64,000 bases of DNA from an uncultured Eubacteriales bacterium. GTDB lineage: Bacteria > Bacillota > Clostridia > Oscillospirales > Acutalibacteraceae. This document shows positions 17,862 to 27,119 of this stretch, in pieces. The translations under genes were made by a program, and so were the position numbers. A model generated the notes under the pieces. It had not been told where the DNA came from, made no database searches, and saw only the letters and a list, made by a program, of their open reading frames with translations. Position 1 is the first letter of the stretch. Each line of letters begins with the position of its first letter. The stretch is from assembly GCA_964370635.1 (NCBI GenBank), contig CAYJJU010000002.1, forward strand, positions 93,237-157,236, read 5' to 3'.

Positions 17862-19337
17862 TTAATCATTATAATCCAGTGCCTTTAAAGTAAACCAAAA
17901 ACAGCTTCCACTCCCCTCTTCACTTATCACACCATAGGTGCCGCCGTGAAGGTCTAAAATTTGACTTACTATGGAAAGTCCTAAGCCAGTGCCGATTTGC
18001 GCACGCTTATGTTCTTTTTCCACTTTATAGTAACGCTGCCAAATATTTTTAAGTTTGTCTTTAGGTATTCCTATTCCGCTGTCTTCTACCTTAATAGTTA
18101 TATTATCATCAATTACGCTTTGTGTCAAAACTATTCTTTTATCAGGCCCTGTATAAGTTACCGCGTTGTTTACAAGATTATATATTACCTGCGTTAGTTT
18201 TAAGTCATCACCCATGACATAAACGTCGTCACCGTGATAAAAATCAAAGTTGTAATCGACCAATTTATCATATCTTAACAGTATTTTTTTAATGCTCTCA
18301 GTGAGGTTTACGGGCTCCATGATAAGCGTTTGAGTCCCGGACTCCAGCTTTGAAATATCAAGCAGGTCGTTCACCAAGTTTTTAAGCCTTGTCGCCTCGT
18401 CGATTATAATTTGAATATTCTCGGCCGTGTTTTCGCCCGGAATATCTCTCATAACCTCTGCATATCCACTTATCATAGTCAGCGGCGTTCTAAGGTCGTG
18501 CGACACGTTTGCAATGAGCTCTTTTCTTAAAGATTCAACAGTATTAAGCTCTTTTGCCGCAACGTTTAAGGTTTGAGACAGCGCAAGTATTTCGTGCCCT
18601 CCACCCTTTACATCAAAACTTATCTCATAATTGCCTTTAGAGAGCTCTTTTGCCCCTTGAGTTATCTGTACTATGGGTTTAGATATTTTCCTTGAAATGA
18701 AAATTGCCACACTTAAGCCTAGCAAAATCATCAGTGCCGTAAGTGAATAAAGCTGAAATTTCAATGTTTCTACAGTAGAGTCAACAGGGGTTACCGTGGT
18801 GCTTAAAAGCAATAAAAGATTCGTGTCATCGCTTAGGGTTATTGTCTTTAAAAAGACTAAGCCCTCCGGCAATGAGCTATTCTCCTGCAAGGGAGCATTT
18901 CCCAAAAAAGCGTCGCCCCCTATACCCTGCGAGAAATCCCATATAGTGTAGCTTTCCAAAAATTCACCGCCGCTTGCCTTTGTTTGAGCATACATAGACA
19001 TGAGCTGTGTGCTGCTTATTCTATTAAAAAAAGTGCTTTTCATCGAGGTGGCACTTATCACGGTTTCACCAAACTCTGTGGCAATCAGCACATCTGTGTT
19101 ATAGTTTAAAACCACATCTTCAAGCACCGCCGTCAAATTATCACTTGTATATTGATTTTCAATATACTGTGCGGTACTCTTTATTTCTTGCTCTTTAATA
19201 AATTTGTAAAATGAATTTAAAAGCGTTATCTGAAAAATCCAAATTAGCAAGATTACAAGGGCGGTAAAAATTCCAAAACCCAAAAATATTTGCGTGCCTA
19301 TTCCTATTTTTTTTCTCTTTAAAAAATTAAATTTCAA
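17862..19337 (-). CDS. sensor histidine kinase
   Basis: 491 aa with two TMs, a HAMP-like segment, H-box SHDLRTPLT, and N/G boxes in the C-terminal ATPase domain. Confidence 0.92.
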   Translation of the reverse strand: MKFNFLKRKKIGIGTQIFLGFGIFTALVILLIWIFQITLLNSFYKFIKEQEIKSTAQYIENQYTSDNLTAVLEDVVLNYNTDVLIATEFGETVISATSMKSTFFNRISSTQLMSMYAQTKASGGEFLESYTIWDFSQGIGGDAFLGNAPLQENSSLPEGLVFLKTITLSDDTNLLLLLSTTVTPVDSTVETLKFQLYSLTALMILLGLSVAIFISRKISKPIVQITQGAKELSKGNYEISFDVKGGGHEILALSQTLNVAAKELNTVESLRKELIANVSHDLRTPLTMISGYAEVMRDIPGENTAENIQIIIDEATRLKNLVNDLLDISKLESGTQTLIMEPVNLTESIKKILLRYDKLVDYNFDFYHGDDVYVMGDDLKLTQVIYNLVNNAVTYTGPDKRIVLTQSVIDDNITIKVEDSGIGIPKDKLKNIWQRYYKVEKEHKRAQIGTGLGLSIVSQILDLHGGTYGVISEEGSGSCFWFTLKALDYND

Positions 19338-20004
19338 ACCTGTATCCTACCCCTCTTACCGTGACTACAAATTTATTATAAGGCCCTAAACTTTTTCTTA
19401 ATAGCTTAATATGGGTGTCTAAAGTCCTGTCATCTCCGTAAAAATCATAGCCCCATACATTAGAGATAAGCTTATCACGTGAAAGCGCAATATTCTTATT
19501 TGAAATCATATAAAATAAAAGCTCGTACTCTTTTGGTGAAAGCTCTGCGCGACTTCCGTCTACCGTCACAATTCTTGCGGAAAAATCCACATTAAGCCCT
19601 TCTGCGCTGAAAACATCTTTGCTATTCTCCTTTTCGCCGACGGTTCTTTTAATTATAGCGTTAATCCGCATCAATAATTCTTTTGGAGAAAAAGGTTTGG
19701 TGACATAATCGTCTACACCAAGTTCAAAACCGTGGATTTTGTCGTACTCCTCTCCCCTTGCCGAAAGCATGAGCACGGGCACTTTAGAAATTTTTCTTAT
19801 CCTAGCCACGGCGGAAAATCCGTCAAGCTCGGGCATCATGACGTCCATAATAACTATGTCAAATTTATCCGGATTATCTGTAAAAATCGTCACAGCGTCC
19901 ATGCCATTTTCCGCCTCGGTTACGGTGTGACCTTCAAACTCGGCGTATTTTTTTATTAAAAGCCTGATATTCATTTCGTCGTCTACTATTAAAATATGAT
20001 ACAT
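19327..20004 (-). CDS. OmpR-family response regulator
   Basis: Receiver domain (ILIVDDE, DVMMPELDG) plus a winged-helix output domain (VRGVGYRF). Start moved to the ATG at 20004, which follows GGAGA. Overlaps the kinase start. Confidence 0.92.
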   Translation of the reverse strand: MYHILIVDDEMNIRLLIKKYAEFEGHTVTEAENGMDAVTIFTDNPDKFDIVIMDVMMPELDGFSAVARIRKISKVPVLMLSARGEEYDKIHGFELGVDDYVTKPFSPKELLMRINAIIKRTVGEKENSKDVFSAEGLNVDFSARIVTVDGSRAELSPKEYELLFYMISNKNIALSRDKLISNVWGYDFYGDDRTLDTHIKLLRKSLGPYNKFVVTVRGVGYRFEI

Positions 20005-20147
20005 ATAAATTCTCCGTTCAATCTGAATTTTCATCATCTTAACACTGCTTTGTGAAGTTTTGGTGAAAGATGTTTACCGTTAAATGTAATTATAACTTTT
20101 TTATCAAAAATTATCAAGATTTTTACTTAAAAAATGTGTAAAATATA

Positions 20148-20176
20148 TTGACATTTCCCATTGGGAATATTATTAT
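20148..20176 (+). promoter_or_regulatory. sigmaA-type promoter
   Basis: TTGACA, 17 nt spacer, TATTAT. The spacer contains the palindrome TTCCCA-T-TGGGAA. Confidence 0.6.
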
Positions 20177-20219
20177 ATAATTAGAAGAATAAAAAATAAT
20201 TATACGAGGGAGTGTTATT

Positions 20220-20834
20220 ATGTTACCGGTAATTACTATTGCAAGAGAGTACGGAAGCGGCGGTCATACGGTTGGAATTAAGCTTGCGAAGGCTTTAAAT
20301 CTTCCCTATTATGACAAAGAGCTCATAGGCATAGCGGCTAAAGAGAGCGGGCTTAGTGAAGAAGTCTTTGCGCAGGTAGATGAAAAGGCTGGAAGCAGTC
20401 TTTTATATTCCATGGTAATGGGCAGTTATCCGCTTGGAATACGCCTTGCAGGAAATACGTCTGAAATGCCGATAAACGACCAACTGTTTATACTGCAAAC
20501 AAATATAATAAAAAAAGCTGCAGAGGAAGGCCCGTGTGTTGTAATCGGACGATGTGGGGATTATATTTTAAGAGAGCATGAAAATTTGTTTAAAATTTTC
20601 ATTCACGCCGGCATGGAAAAACGCAGAAAATGGGTAATAGATAACGGCCTTGCAGAGAAGAAAAAGGCAAATGATTATATACTAAAAAAAGATAAGCAGC
20701 GCTCAAATTATTACAATTTCTACACAAATCAAACATGGAACGACATGTCAAACTATAACCTTACCATAGACACTAATGTCTTTGACGAAGACAAGGCTGT
20801 GCAAATTATTTTAGAGGCTTTAAAGCTTAGATGA
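20220..20834 (+). CDS. cytidylate kinase-like family protein
   Basis: 204 aa with N-terminus ITIAREYGSGGHTVG, typical of the CMP-kinase-like family of unknown role. Confidence 0.8.
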   Translation: MLPVITIAREYGSGGHTVGIKLAKALNLPYYDKELIGIAAKESGLSEEVFAQVDEKAGSSLLYSMVMGSYPLGIRLAGNTSEMPINDQLFILQTNIIKKAAEEGPCVVIGRCGDYILREHENLFKIFIHAGMEKRRKWVIDNGLAEKKKANDYILKKDKQRSNYYNFYTNQTWNDMSNYNLTIDTNVFDEDKAVQIILEALKLR

Positions 20835-20871
20835 CTTAGCTTTTCTTTTATTAGAAAATGAACATTGAAAG

Positions 20872-20919
20872 TGCATTATTGTGGCAAAATTTATATATGC
20901 CACAATAATGCATTTTTTT
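20872..20919 (+). terminator. intrinsic terminator
   Basis: 15-bp stem TGCATTATTGTGGCA/TGCCACAATAATGCA followed by T7. Confidence 0.9.
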
Positions 20920-20957
20920 ATTGTAGTATTTAGTTAAACCTAAAACTTTACAAAACA

Positions 20958-21042
20958 GTAGGGGACGGCGTCCTCGACGTCCCTCATGGCTTACCAAAAA
21001 ATTCATTAAACCTTGCAGTGCGTCGAGGATGCCGCACCCTAC
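20958..21042. repeat. REPIN-like doublet (two inverted REP units)
   Basis: GTAGGGGACGGCGTCCTCGACG at 20958.. and CGTCGAGGATGCCGCACCCTAC at ..21042 are near reverse complements of each other. Confidence 0.7.
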
Positions 21043-21096
21043 ATTTAAGCTGATGAAAAAATAATATATGTGTAAACTTTTAGATTTAACACGACA

Positions 21097-21124
21097 GTAG
21101 GGGCGACGTTTCTCGCCCGTAGGG
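21097..21124 (+). repeat. REP unit in the leader of array gene 1
   Basis: GTAGGGGCGACGTTTCTCGCCCGTAGGG. Same architecture as the units in front of genes 4-9. Confidence 0.75.
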
Positions 21125-21151
21125 TTTACACAAAACAAAAGGAGGAGCGTT

Positions 21152-22510
21152 ATGAAAAAGTTTATATCAATATTACTCGGCACAATCTTAATAATCCTAA
21201 CAGCCTGTAGCACAGGCTCAGGCACAGAAAAGGCGAAAATCGAAATTATCCCAGAGGGCACAGAGCTTTCGGGCACGCTGATTATTTCAACCGATACTGA
21301 AGAAATAAGCGGGGTAGGGTTATTCGCGCTTGCAGATGGGTTTATGGACTTGCATCCTGGTGTTGAAATTGAAATCAACGAAACATATGACGACTATGAT
21401 TCAAGGGTGAAATATAGCGAGCAATTAAAAGTAGAAATGCTTGCGGGAGAAGCGCCTGACTTATTGCATCACTCTTTTGATTATAGCTCAAATTTTGCAA
21501 TAGGCGGACTTCTGATGGATTTGAATTCATTTATAGAAAATGATGAAACTTTTATAAAGGAAGATTATTTTATGAACTTACTTGAAGCTAGTGAGCTTGG
21601 CGGAAAGCAGTATCGTATGCCACTATACACAGCTCCGATAGAGTTTATTAGGTTTAGAGTAGATGTCTTAGAGGCCGCAGGAATTGACCCTGACACAATA
21701 GACGCAGTAGACTATAAACTACTATATGAAATTTATGACAAAGCGATAGCAAGCGGAGAAGTACCTGAACTTAAATATATAGGCAAAGACGGCTATGGGT
21801 CAATGTATTTTCTTGCACAAGAGATGGCGGCTTGTTTTGACCGTGAAACTATGACTGCAAACTTTGAAACAGAAGAATTTATAGAATATCTTGAAACAGC
21901 AAAAGCACATAATGCGCCAAGCGGTGGAGCAGATGGGTATTTGTTTATTGATGGAGTGGATGAATTAATAGAAGCTACAGACTTTTTTGCAGTGAGCGTT
22001 ACTATATCTCCATCAAATCCTCAAGAAGTCATGGGGAAAGACAGTAAAATAACAAAAGCCTATCCGGTGGTAACTTCTGCTGGGGAATTGGCGGTGCGTG
22101 ATGGACTAGTAAGCATACCGACAAATGCAAATAATCCCGGACTTGCGTGGGAGTTCATTAAATACTGTATTTATGAGAGTGAAGAAATACAAATATATTT
22201 GGACAAAGACATACCGGCAGGGTATTGGGGTGGCGATAGATTTTCAGGCTCAACACCCATAAATAAAAATAATATGGAAAAATATTTCCAAAAATGTCTT
22301 CAAGGCTTCCCCGAAGAATATATAGAAGAAACTATCTCGCTTGTATACACCTATGACCAATACGAATTGATAAGCGATATTCCGTCTTCGGATTTAAGGA
22401 CTGCGCTTTACCGGTTGGTAGTTGATTACTATAATAATTTACTAACAGCTGAAGAATGTGCAAGCGCTATGCAAGACAGAGTGGAGGTTTATTTTGCGGA
22501 GATAGAATAA
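21152..22510 (+). CDS. SBP-like lipoprotein, array copy 1 of 9
   Basis: 452 aa. Signal peptide MKKFISILLGTILIILTAC with a lipobox. Motifs GEAPDL and NPGLAWEFIKY. RBS AAAGGAGG. Confidence 0.9.
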   Translation: MKKFISILLGTILIILTACSTGSGTEKAKIEIIPEGTELSGTLIISTDTEEISGVGLFALADGFMDLHPGVEIEINETYDDYDSRVKYSEQLKVEMLAGEAPDLLHHSFDYSSNFAIGGLLMDLNSFIENDETFIKEDYFMNLLEASELGGKQYRMPLYTAPIEFIRFRVDVLEAAGIDPDTIDAVDYKLLYEIYDKAIASGEVPELKYIGKDGYGSMYFLAQEMAACFDRETMTANFETEEFIEYLETAKAHNAPSGGADGYLFIDGVDELIEATDFFAVSVTISPSNPQEVMGKDSKITKAYPVVTSAGELAVRDGLVSIPTNANNPGLAWEFIKYCIYESEEIQIYLDKDIPAGYWGGDRFSGSTPINKNNMEKYFQKCLQGFPEEYIEETISLVYTYDQYELISDIPSSDLRTALYRLVVDYYNNLLTAEECASAMQDRVEVYFAEIE

Positions 22511-22612
22511 AAAATGCGTAGCATTTTTCAGTGAAGAGTGAAGAGCGAAAAGTGAAAAGTTGTGGCGAAACCACAATTTCCAGTGTAGACACAAAACAAA
22601 AGGAGGAGCGTT
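22511..22612 (+). repeat. array junction J1 (long form with internal deletion, no REP)
   Basis: Contains the hairpin AAAATGC-GTA-GCATTTT and heptads GTGAAGA GTGAAGA GCGAAAA GTGAAAA. The empty REP site CAGTGTAG|ACACAAAAC lies at 22581..22597. Confidence 0.8.
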
Positions 22613-23992
22613 ATGAAAAAGTTTATATCAATATTACTCGGCACAATCTTAATAAGCCTAACAGCCTGTAGCACAGGCTCAGGCACAGAAAAGGCCAAAA
22701 TCGAAATTATTCCCGAGGGTACAGAACTTTCGGGCACGCTTAATATTTGGAGCGATGCAATAGCGCATCAACATACTGATATAAATTCATTAAAACTTGG
22801 TTTTGAGGAACTTCATCCCGACGTTACCATAATTATTAACGATGAAAACAGCTACGTTGACTCCGATGGAAACACACTTGATGAAAAATACATGGCGGAT
22901 TTAGGCATTAAAATGCTAAGCGGCAATGCGCCTGATTTGCTTTATAACCGCCATGACTTAGTGACAAACTTCGTGCCTGCCGGATTAATTTATGACTTAT
23001 ATGAATTTATTGAGGCAGACGATAGATTTAATACAGAAGATTATTTTGAGAAAATATTAAAACTTGGAGAAATAAATGGTGGTCTATATTCAATTGCTGC
23101 TAGTGCGCTATTTGAGTTTTATAGATTAAGCGAAGAAGTACTAACGGCGGCTGAGGTCGACCCAGATACGCTTGAAAACATAGATTATAAATTCATTTAT
23201 GATGTCTACAATAAAGCGACGGCAAGTGGCAAAGTCCCACAGCTTGAATACATAGGCGGCGGTGGAGCATTTCATGGTTTTTTTGAAGAATTGTCTGCGC
23301 ACATTGATAAAGATAACTTGACCGCTAGTTTTAACTCGCCCGAATTTATAGATTACTTAGAAATGGCAAAAACATATACGGGGCCTGACACTAGGCCAAT
23401 AGGACACATGGTGCATCCAATTTACGCTGATTATGGCTTTCCCGAGACTCTTCCGAAAGATTTTCCATATATAGGGGTTTCTGTAGCTGCTGACTTGTTA
23501 GGAGGCGCGCAGGATATGTTGGCGGAAGTTGAGGGTTTAACAAAGCCTATTCCTTACCTTAATTTAAACGGTGAATATAAAATTCTGCCCGGAAACTCAA
23601 TGTCAATACCGAGCAACTCAAAAAACCCAGAACTTGCGTGGGAATTCATCAAATACTGCGTAAGCGAAACAGAAAATTACGATGCGTCTATAAGATATTG
23701 GGGAAAGGCAAACGGAGCAAAATTTTGGAGCGGAATCCCCATAAACAAAAACAATTTAGAGCATTATATGTCACCATTACTTGCTGGATATAGCAGTGAA
23801 CAAAAAGAAGAATTTATGTCGTATATTGATACTGCTTTGAATTTACCATCCGCAGGAGCCACCCCGCCACTAGAACTTAATATAGCTATTCCCTTAATCG
23901 TTGCAGATTATTTAAATAGCATGATGACAGCCGAGGAATGTGCAAAAGCAATACAAGACAGGGTAGAGATTTATTTTGCGGAGATAGAATAA
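22613..23992 (+). CDS. SBP-like lipoprotein, array copy 2
   Basis: 459 aa. The first 41 residues are near-identical to copies 1 and 3. Motifs GNAPDL and NPELAWEFIKY. C-terminus MTAEECAKAIQDRVEIYFAEIE. Confidence 0.9.
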   Translation: MKKFISILLGTILISLTACSTGSGTEKAKIEIIPEGTELSGTLNIWSDAIAHQHTDINSLKLGFEELHPDVTIIINDENSYVDSDGNTLDEKYMADLGIKMLSGNAPDLLYNRHDLVTNFVPAGLIYDLYEFIEADDRFNTEDYFEKILKLGEINGGLYSIAASALFEFYRLSEEVLTAAEVDPDTLENIDYKFIYDVYNKATASGKVPQLEYIGGGGAFHGFFEELSAHIDKDNLTASFNSPEFIDYLEMAKTYTGPDTRPIGHMVHPIYADYGFPETLPKDFPYIGVSVAADLLGGAQDMLAEVEGLTKPIPYLNLNGEYKILPGNSMSIPSNSKNPELAWEFIKYCVSETENYDASIRYWGKANGAKFWSGIPINKNNLEHYMSPLLAGYSSEQKEEFMSYIDTALNLPSAGATPPLELNIAIPLIVADYLNSMMTAEECAKAIQDRVEIYFAEIE

Positions 23993-24127
23993 AAAACGCG
24001 TAGCATTTTTCAGTGAAGAGTGAAAAGTGAAGAGTGAAAAGTTGTGGCGAAATGCTTCGCATTTTTTGATTACAAATTGTTAAAACCACAATTTCCAGTG
24101 TAGACACAAAACAAAAGGAGGAGCGGT
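23993..24127 (+). repeat. array junction J2 (long form, no REP)
   Basis: Hairpin, 2 x GTGAAGAGTGAAAA, then hairpin GCGAA-ATGC-TTCGC plus T6. Empty REP site at 24096..24112. Confidence 0.8.
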
Positions 24128-25501
24128 ATGAAAAAGTTTATATCAATATTACTCGGCACAATCTTAATAAGCCTAACAGCCTGTAGCACAGGTTCAGGCA
24201 CAGAAAAGGCGAAAATCGAAATTATCCCAGAGGGCACAGAGCTTTCTGGCACTCTTGAAATTTGGAGCGACTCAGAAAACACAGGTAGAACATCTATAGA
24301 GGGTTTACGGGACGGATTTGAAGAAATTCACCCTGAGGTTGAGATAATTATTAATGACGGTCATAATTATCTTGATAATTACGGAGCTCTGGACGATGAA
24401 AAATTCAAGGCGGATTTAGGTATTAAAATGCTAAGTGGTGATGCGCCTGATTTGCTATATAACGAAAAAGATTATGTTACAAATTTTGTGCCTTCCGGAC
24501 TAATTTATGACTTATATGAATTTATCGAGGCAGACGACAGCTTTAATACGGAAGATTATTTTGAAGAGATATTAAGGCTTGGAGAAATTAATGGTAGTCT
24601 ATACTCAATTGCCGATGGTGCTACATTTGATTTTCACAGGCATAATATAGACGTATTAGAAGCAGCAGATGTTCAGCCCGATACGCTTGAAAGTATAGAC
24701 TATAAATTCATTTACGATGTCTACAATAAGGCGATGGCAAGTGGTGAAGTCCCGTATTTTACACATATAGGTATATACGGAAAGGCTTATGGGTTTTTGC
24801 AGGAATTGCCTGTCTACTTTAATAAAGAAACTTTGACTGCTAACTTTAACACAGCCGAATTTATCGATTATCTTGAAACTGTAAATGCCTATACTGCACA
24901 GGACACAATGCCAATAGGTAATTTTGATTCCTATAATAACTCTGATTATTCCATTCCGATACCTGAGGACTATCCTTATATCGGCATGAGCGTATCAACA
25001 CATTTGCCATATGGTCCGGAAGGGGTGTTAAGAGAGGACGAAAGCTTAACAAAGCCAATTCCCTTACTTAATTCAAGCGGTGAATATCAAATTAATCCAG
25101 GCAATGCAATGTCAATACCAAGTAATGCAGAAAATCCACAGCTTGCGTGGGAGTTCATTAAATACTGCATAAGTGAAGTAGAAAATATGGATACATCTTT
25201 ACTAAGTATAGGAAAAGTAAACGGAACAAAATATTCGGGCTATATGCCGGTAAATAAAAATAATGCCGAGACCTATATTAATGCATCTCTAGTAGGATAT
25301 AGTGATGAACAGAAAGAAGAGTTTATGTCGTATATTGATAAGGCTTTGGATTTACAGATAGCAGGCGCAGAGCCACCACATGAGCTTCTTGCCGCCGTAG
25401 TAGAGATATTAGAAGATTATCTAAACGACCTAATGACCGCAGAAGAATGCGCAAAGGCTATGCAGGACAGGGCGGAGATTTATTTTGCAGAGATAGGGTG
25501 A
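24128..25501 (+). CDS. SBP-like lipoprotein, array copy 3
   Basis: 457 aa with lipobox LTAC and motifs GDAPDL and NPQLAWEFIKY. Confidence 0.9.
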   Translation: MKKFISILLGTILISLTACSTGSGTEKAKIEIIPEGTELSGTLEIWSDSENTGRTSIEGLRDGFEEIHPEVEIIINDGHNYLDNYGALDDEKFKADLGIKMLSGDAPDLLYNEKDYVTNFVPSGLIYDLYEFIEADDSFNTEDYFEEILRLGEINGSLYSIADGATFDFHRHNIDVLEAADVQPDTLESIDYKFIYDVYNKAMASGEVPYFTHIGIYGKAYGFLQELPVYFNKETLTANFNTAEFIDYLETVNAYTAQDTMPIGNFDSYNNSDYSIPIPEDYPYIGMSVSTHLPYGPEGVLREDESLTKPIPLLNSSGEYQINPGNAMSIPSNAENPQLAWEFIKYCISEVENMDTSLLSIGKVNGTKYSGYMPVNKNNAETYINASLVGYSDEQKEEFMSYIDKALDLQIAGAEPPHELLAAVVEILEDYLNDLMTAEECAKAMQDRAEIYFAEIG

Positions 25502-25663
25502 AAAATGCGTAGCATTTTTTAGTGAAGAGTGAAAAATGAAGAGTGAAAAGTTGTGGCGAAATGCTTCGCATTTTTTGATTATAAATTGTCAAAACCACGG
25601 TTTCATTGTAGGGGCGACGTTTCGTCGCCCGTGAGGTTTACGCAAAACAAAAGGAGGAGCGGT
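25502..25663 (+). repeat. array junction J3 (long form with REP at 25608..25636)
   Basis: Full module: stop-adjacent hairpin, 2 heptad pairs, hairpin plus T6, then GTAGGGGCGACGTTTCGTCGCCCGTGAGG, then AAAGGAGG. Confidence 0.85.
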
Positions 25664-27058
25664 ATGAAAAAGTTTATATCAATAATTTTAATTTTAAGCT
25701 TAATTTCATTAATATCTTGCACCGACCAAAGTGCGAAGATTTATTCTGAGAATATGGGAAGCGGTGACAGTGTGAGCGATTTGGAAAGTGATGCAAAAAC
25801 AGAACTTTCAGGCACACTTGAAATTTCAACGGCACTAGTTCAAGACGATGCAATGGGTTGGGGTGCTTCGATTCGTAAATTTCAAGAGCTTTATCCCGAT
25901 GTGGAAGTGATTTTTAACGACACGGCTATAGATGTTTTGTCGGCAAGTTTTGAATCATATGACATTGCAATGCAAAAGTATCAACAAGACTTAAGCCTTA
26001 AGATGATTTCGGGCGGCGCTCCCGATTTGATTGTAAACATGAGCGACTATACAACTCAGTTTGTGCCAAGCGGACTAATTTATGATTTAAACAAATTTAT
26101 AGAAAACGACCCCGAATTTATTTATGAAGATTACTATATGAACGTCATAGAAGGGCAAGAAATAAACGGTGGTCTATACAGAATGCCCACCGAGTTTACA
26201 TTTAAATCTATAAGATTTAGAAAAGATGTGTTTGACAATTTAGGGATAAGCGAAGACGAAATTGACACCGTAGACTATAAATTCTTGTATGATTTATATT
26301 TTGACACAGTAGAAAGCGAAAATTTACCTGATGTTAAACAAATATTATTCGACGTTTTTGACGGCAAGGCGTTAATGTACAACGAAGAGCGTGCCGTGGC
26401 TTTTGACTCTAACACAATGACGGTAAATTTTAATGCACCCGAATTTATAGAATACTTAGAAACGACAAATAAATACGAGCAAAACAGCCCATTTGCATTT
26501 TTAGCTTATGAGGGCGAATTATTTTCGCAAGATGGTTATATAGCAGTCGGCATGAATGTCGCACCCTCGCCATCTGATGCGCTGATCGATGAAAAAGAAA
26601 ATGTGACCAAGGCATATCCCGTTGTCACCTCTCAAGGAGAACTCATAGTAGAGGCAGTTGAAAGCATGACTATCCCAAAAGACGCTAAAAACCCCGAACT
26701 TGCATGGGAATTTATTAAATTCCACATATCCGAGGGCGAAGTTACATTTAAAACAGAAGACGGCCATGAGTATGGAAGCAAGGGTAATGGTTTAATACAA
26801 ATAAATAGGAATAACCATTTAAACAATGCAAAAAGCACTTTCGAGTATTTTAAAAGAGATGAAGATTTTACAGCCAAATATTTTTCATATTTAGAAAGTG
26901 CCCTTGAGCTACCTGTCGCGGCAGGTTTAACCGACATCCAGTTATCAGGTGCATTAAACTTACTTCAAATGGACTTTTATAACGGCCTAATGACAGCAGA
27001 AGAATGTGCCAAAGCTATGCAGGATAGGGCGGAGATTTATTTTGCAGAAATAGAATAA
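25664..27058 (+). CDS. SBP-like lipoprotein, array copy 4
   Basis: 464 aa from the ATG at 25664 (RBS AAAGGAGGAGCGGT). Lipobox LISC. Motifs GGAPDL and NPELAWEFIKF. The ORF-track start at 25553 reads through the repeat. Confidence 0.9.
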   Translation: MKKFISIILILSLISLISCTDQSAKIYSENMGSGDSVSDLESDAKTELSGTLEISTALVQDDAMGWGASIRKFQELYPDVEVIFNDTAIDVLSASFESYDIAMQKYQQDLSLKMISGGAPDLIVNMSDYTTQFVPSGLIYDLNKFIENDPEFIYEDYYMNVIEGQEINGGLYRMPTEFTFKSIRFRKDVFDNLGISEDEIDTVDYKFLYDLYFDTVESENLPDVKQILFDVFDGKALMYNEERAVAFDSNTMTVNFNAPEFIEYLETTNKYEQNSPFAFLAYEGELFSQDGYIAVGMNVAPSPSDALIDEKENVTKAYPVVTSQGELIVEAVESMTIPKDAKNPELAWEFIKFHISEGEVTFKTEDGHEYGSKGNGLIQINRNNHLNNAKSTFEYFKRDEDFTAKYFSYLESALELPVAAGLTDIQLSGALNLLQMDFYNGLMTAEECAKAMQDRAEIYFAEIE

Positions 27059-27119
27059 AAAGTGTAGGGGCGACGTTTCGTCGCCCGTGAGGTTTACGCA
27101 AAACAAAAGGAGAAGACTT
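27059..27119 (+). repeat. array junction J4 (61-nt short form: REP + RBS only)
   Basis: TAA AAAGTGTAGGGGCGACGTTTCGTCGCCCGTGAGG...AAAGGAGAAG. REP at 27064..27092. Confidence 0.85.

Noticed and set aside
20851-21378. 175-aa minus-strand ORF, plus similar 60-70 aa minus-strand ORFs at 22528..22737, 24070..24282, 26987..27178 and 31602..31793.
   Set aside because: They are antisense to the conserved signal-peptide and leader segment of the lipoprotein genes and run through REP units. Their apparent conservation is a by-product of the sense-strand repeats. No RBS or recognisable family.
25553-25663. N-terminal extensions of array genes 4-9 in the ORF track: MAKCFAFFDYKLSKPRFHCRGDVSSPVRFTQNKRRSG... 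from 25553, 28587, 30156 and 33255, and MRFTQNKRR... from 27087 and 31702.
   Set aside because: They translate the junction hairpins and the REP unit. The downstream ATG (MKKFISI...) has a strong AAAGGAGG RBS and starts a proper lipoprotein signal peptide, exactly as in copies 1-3, which lack the extension.
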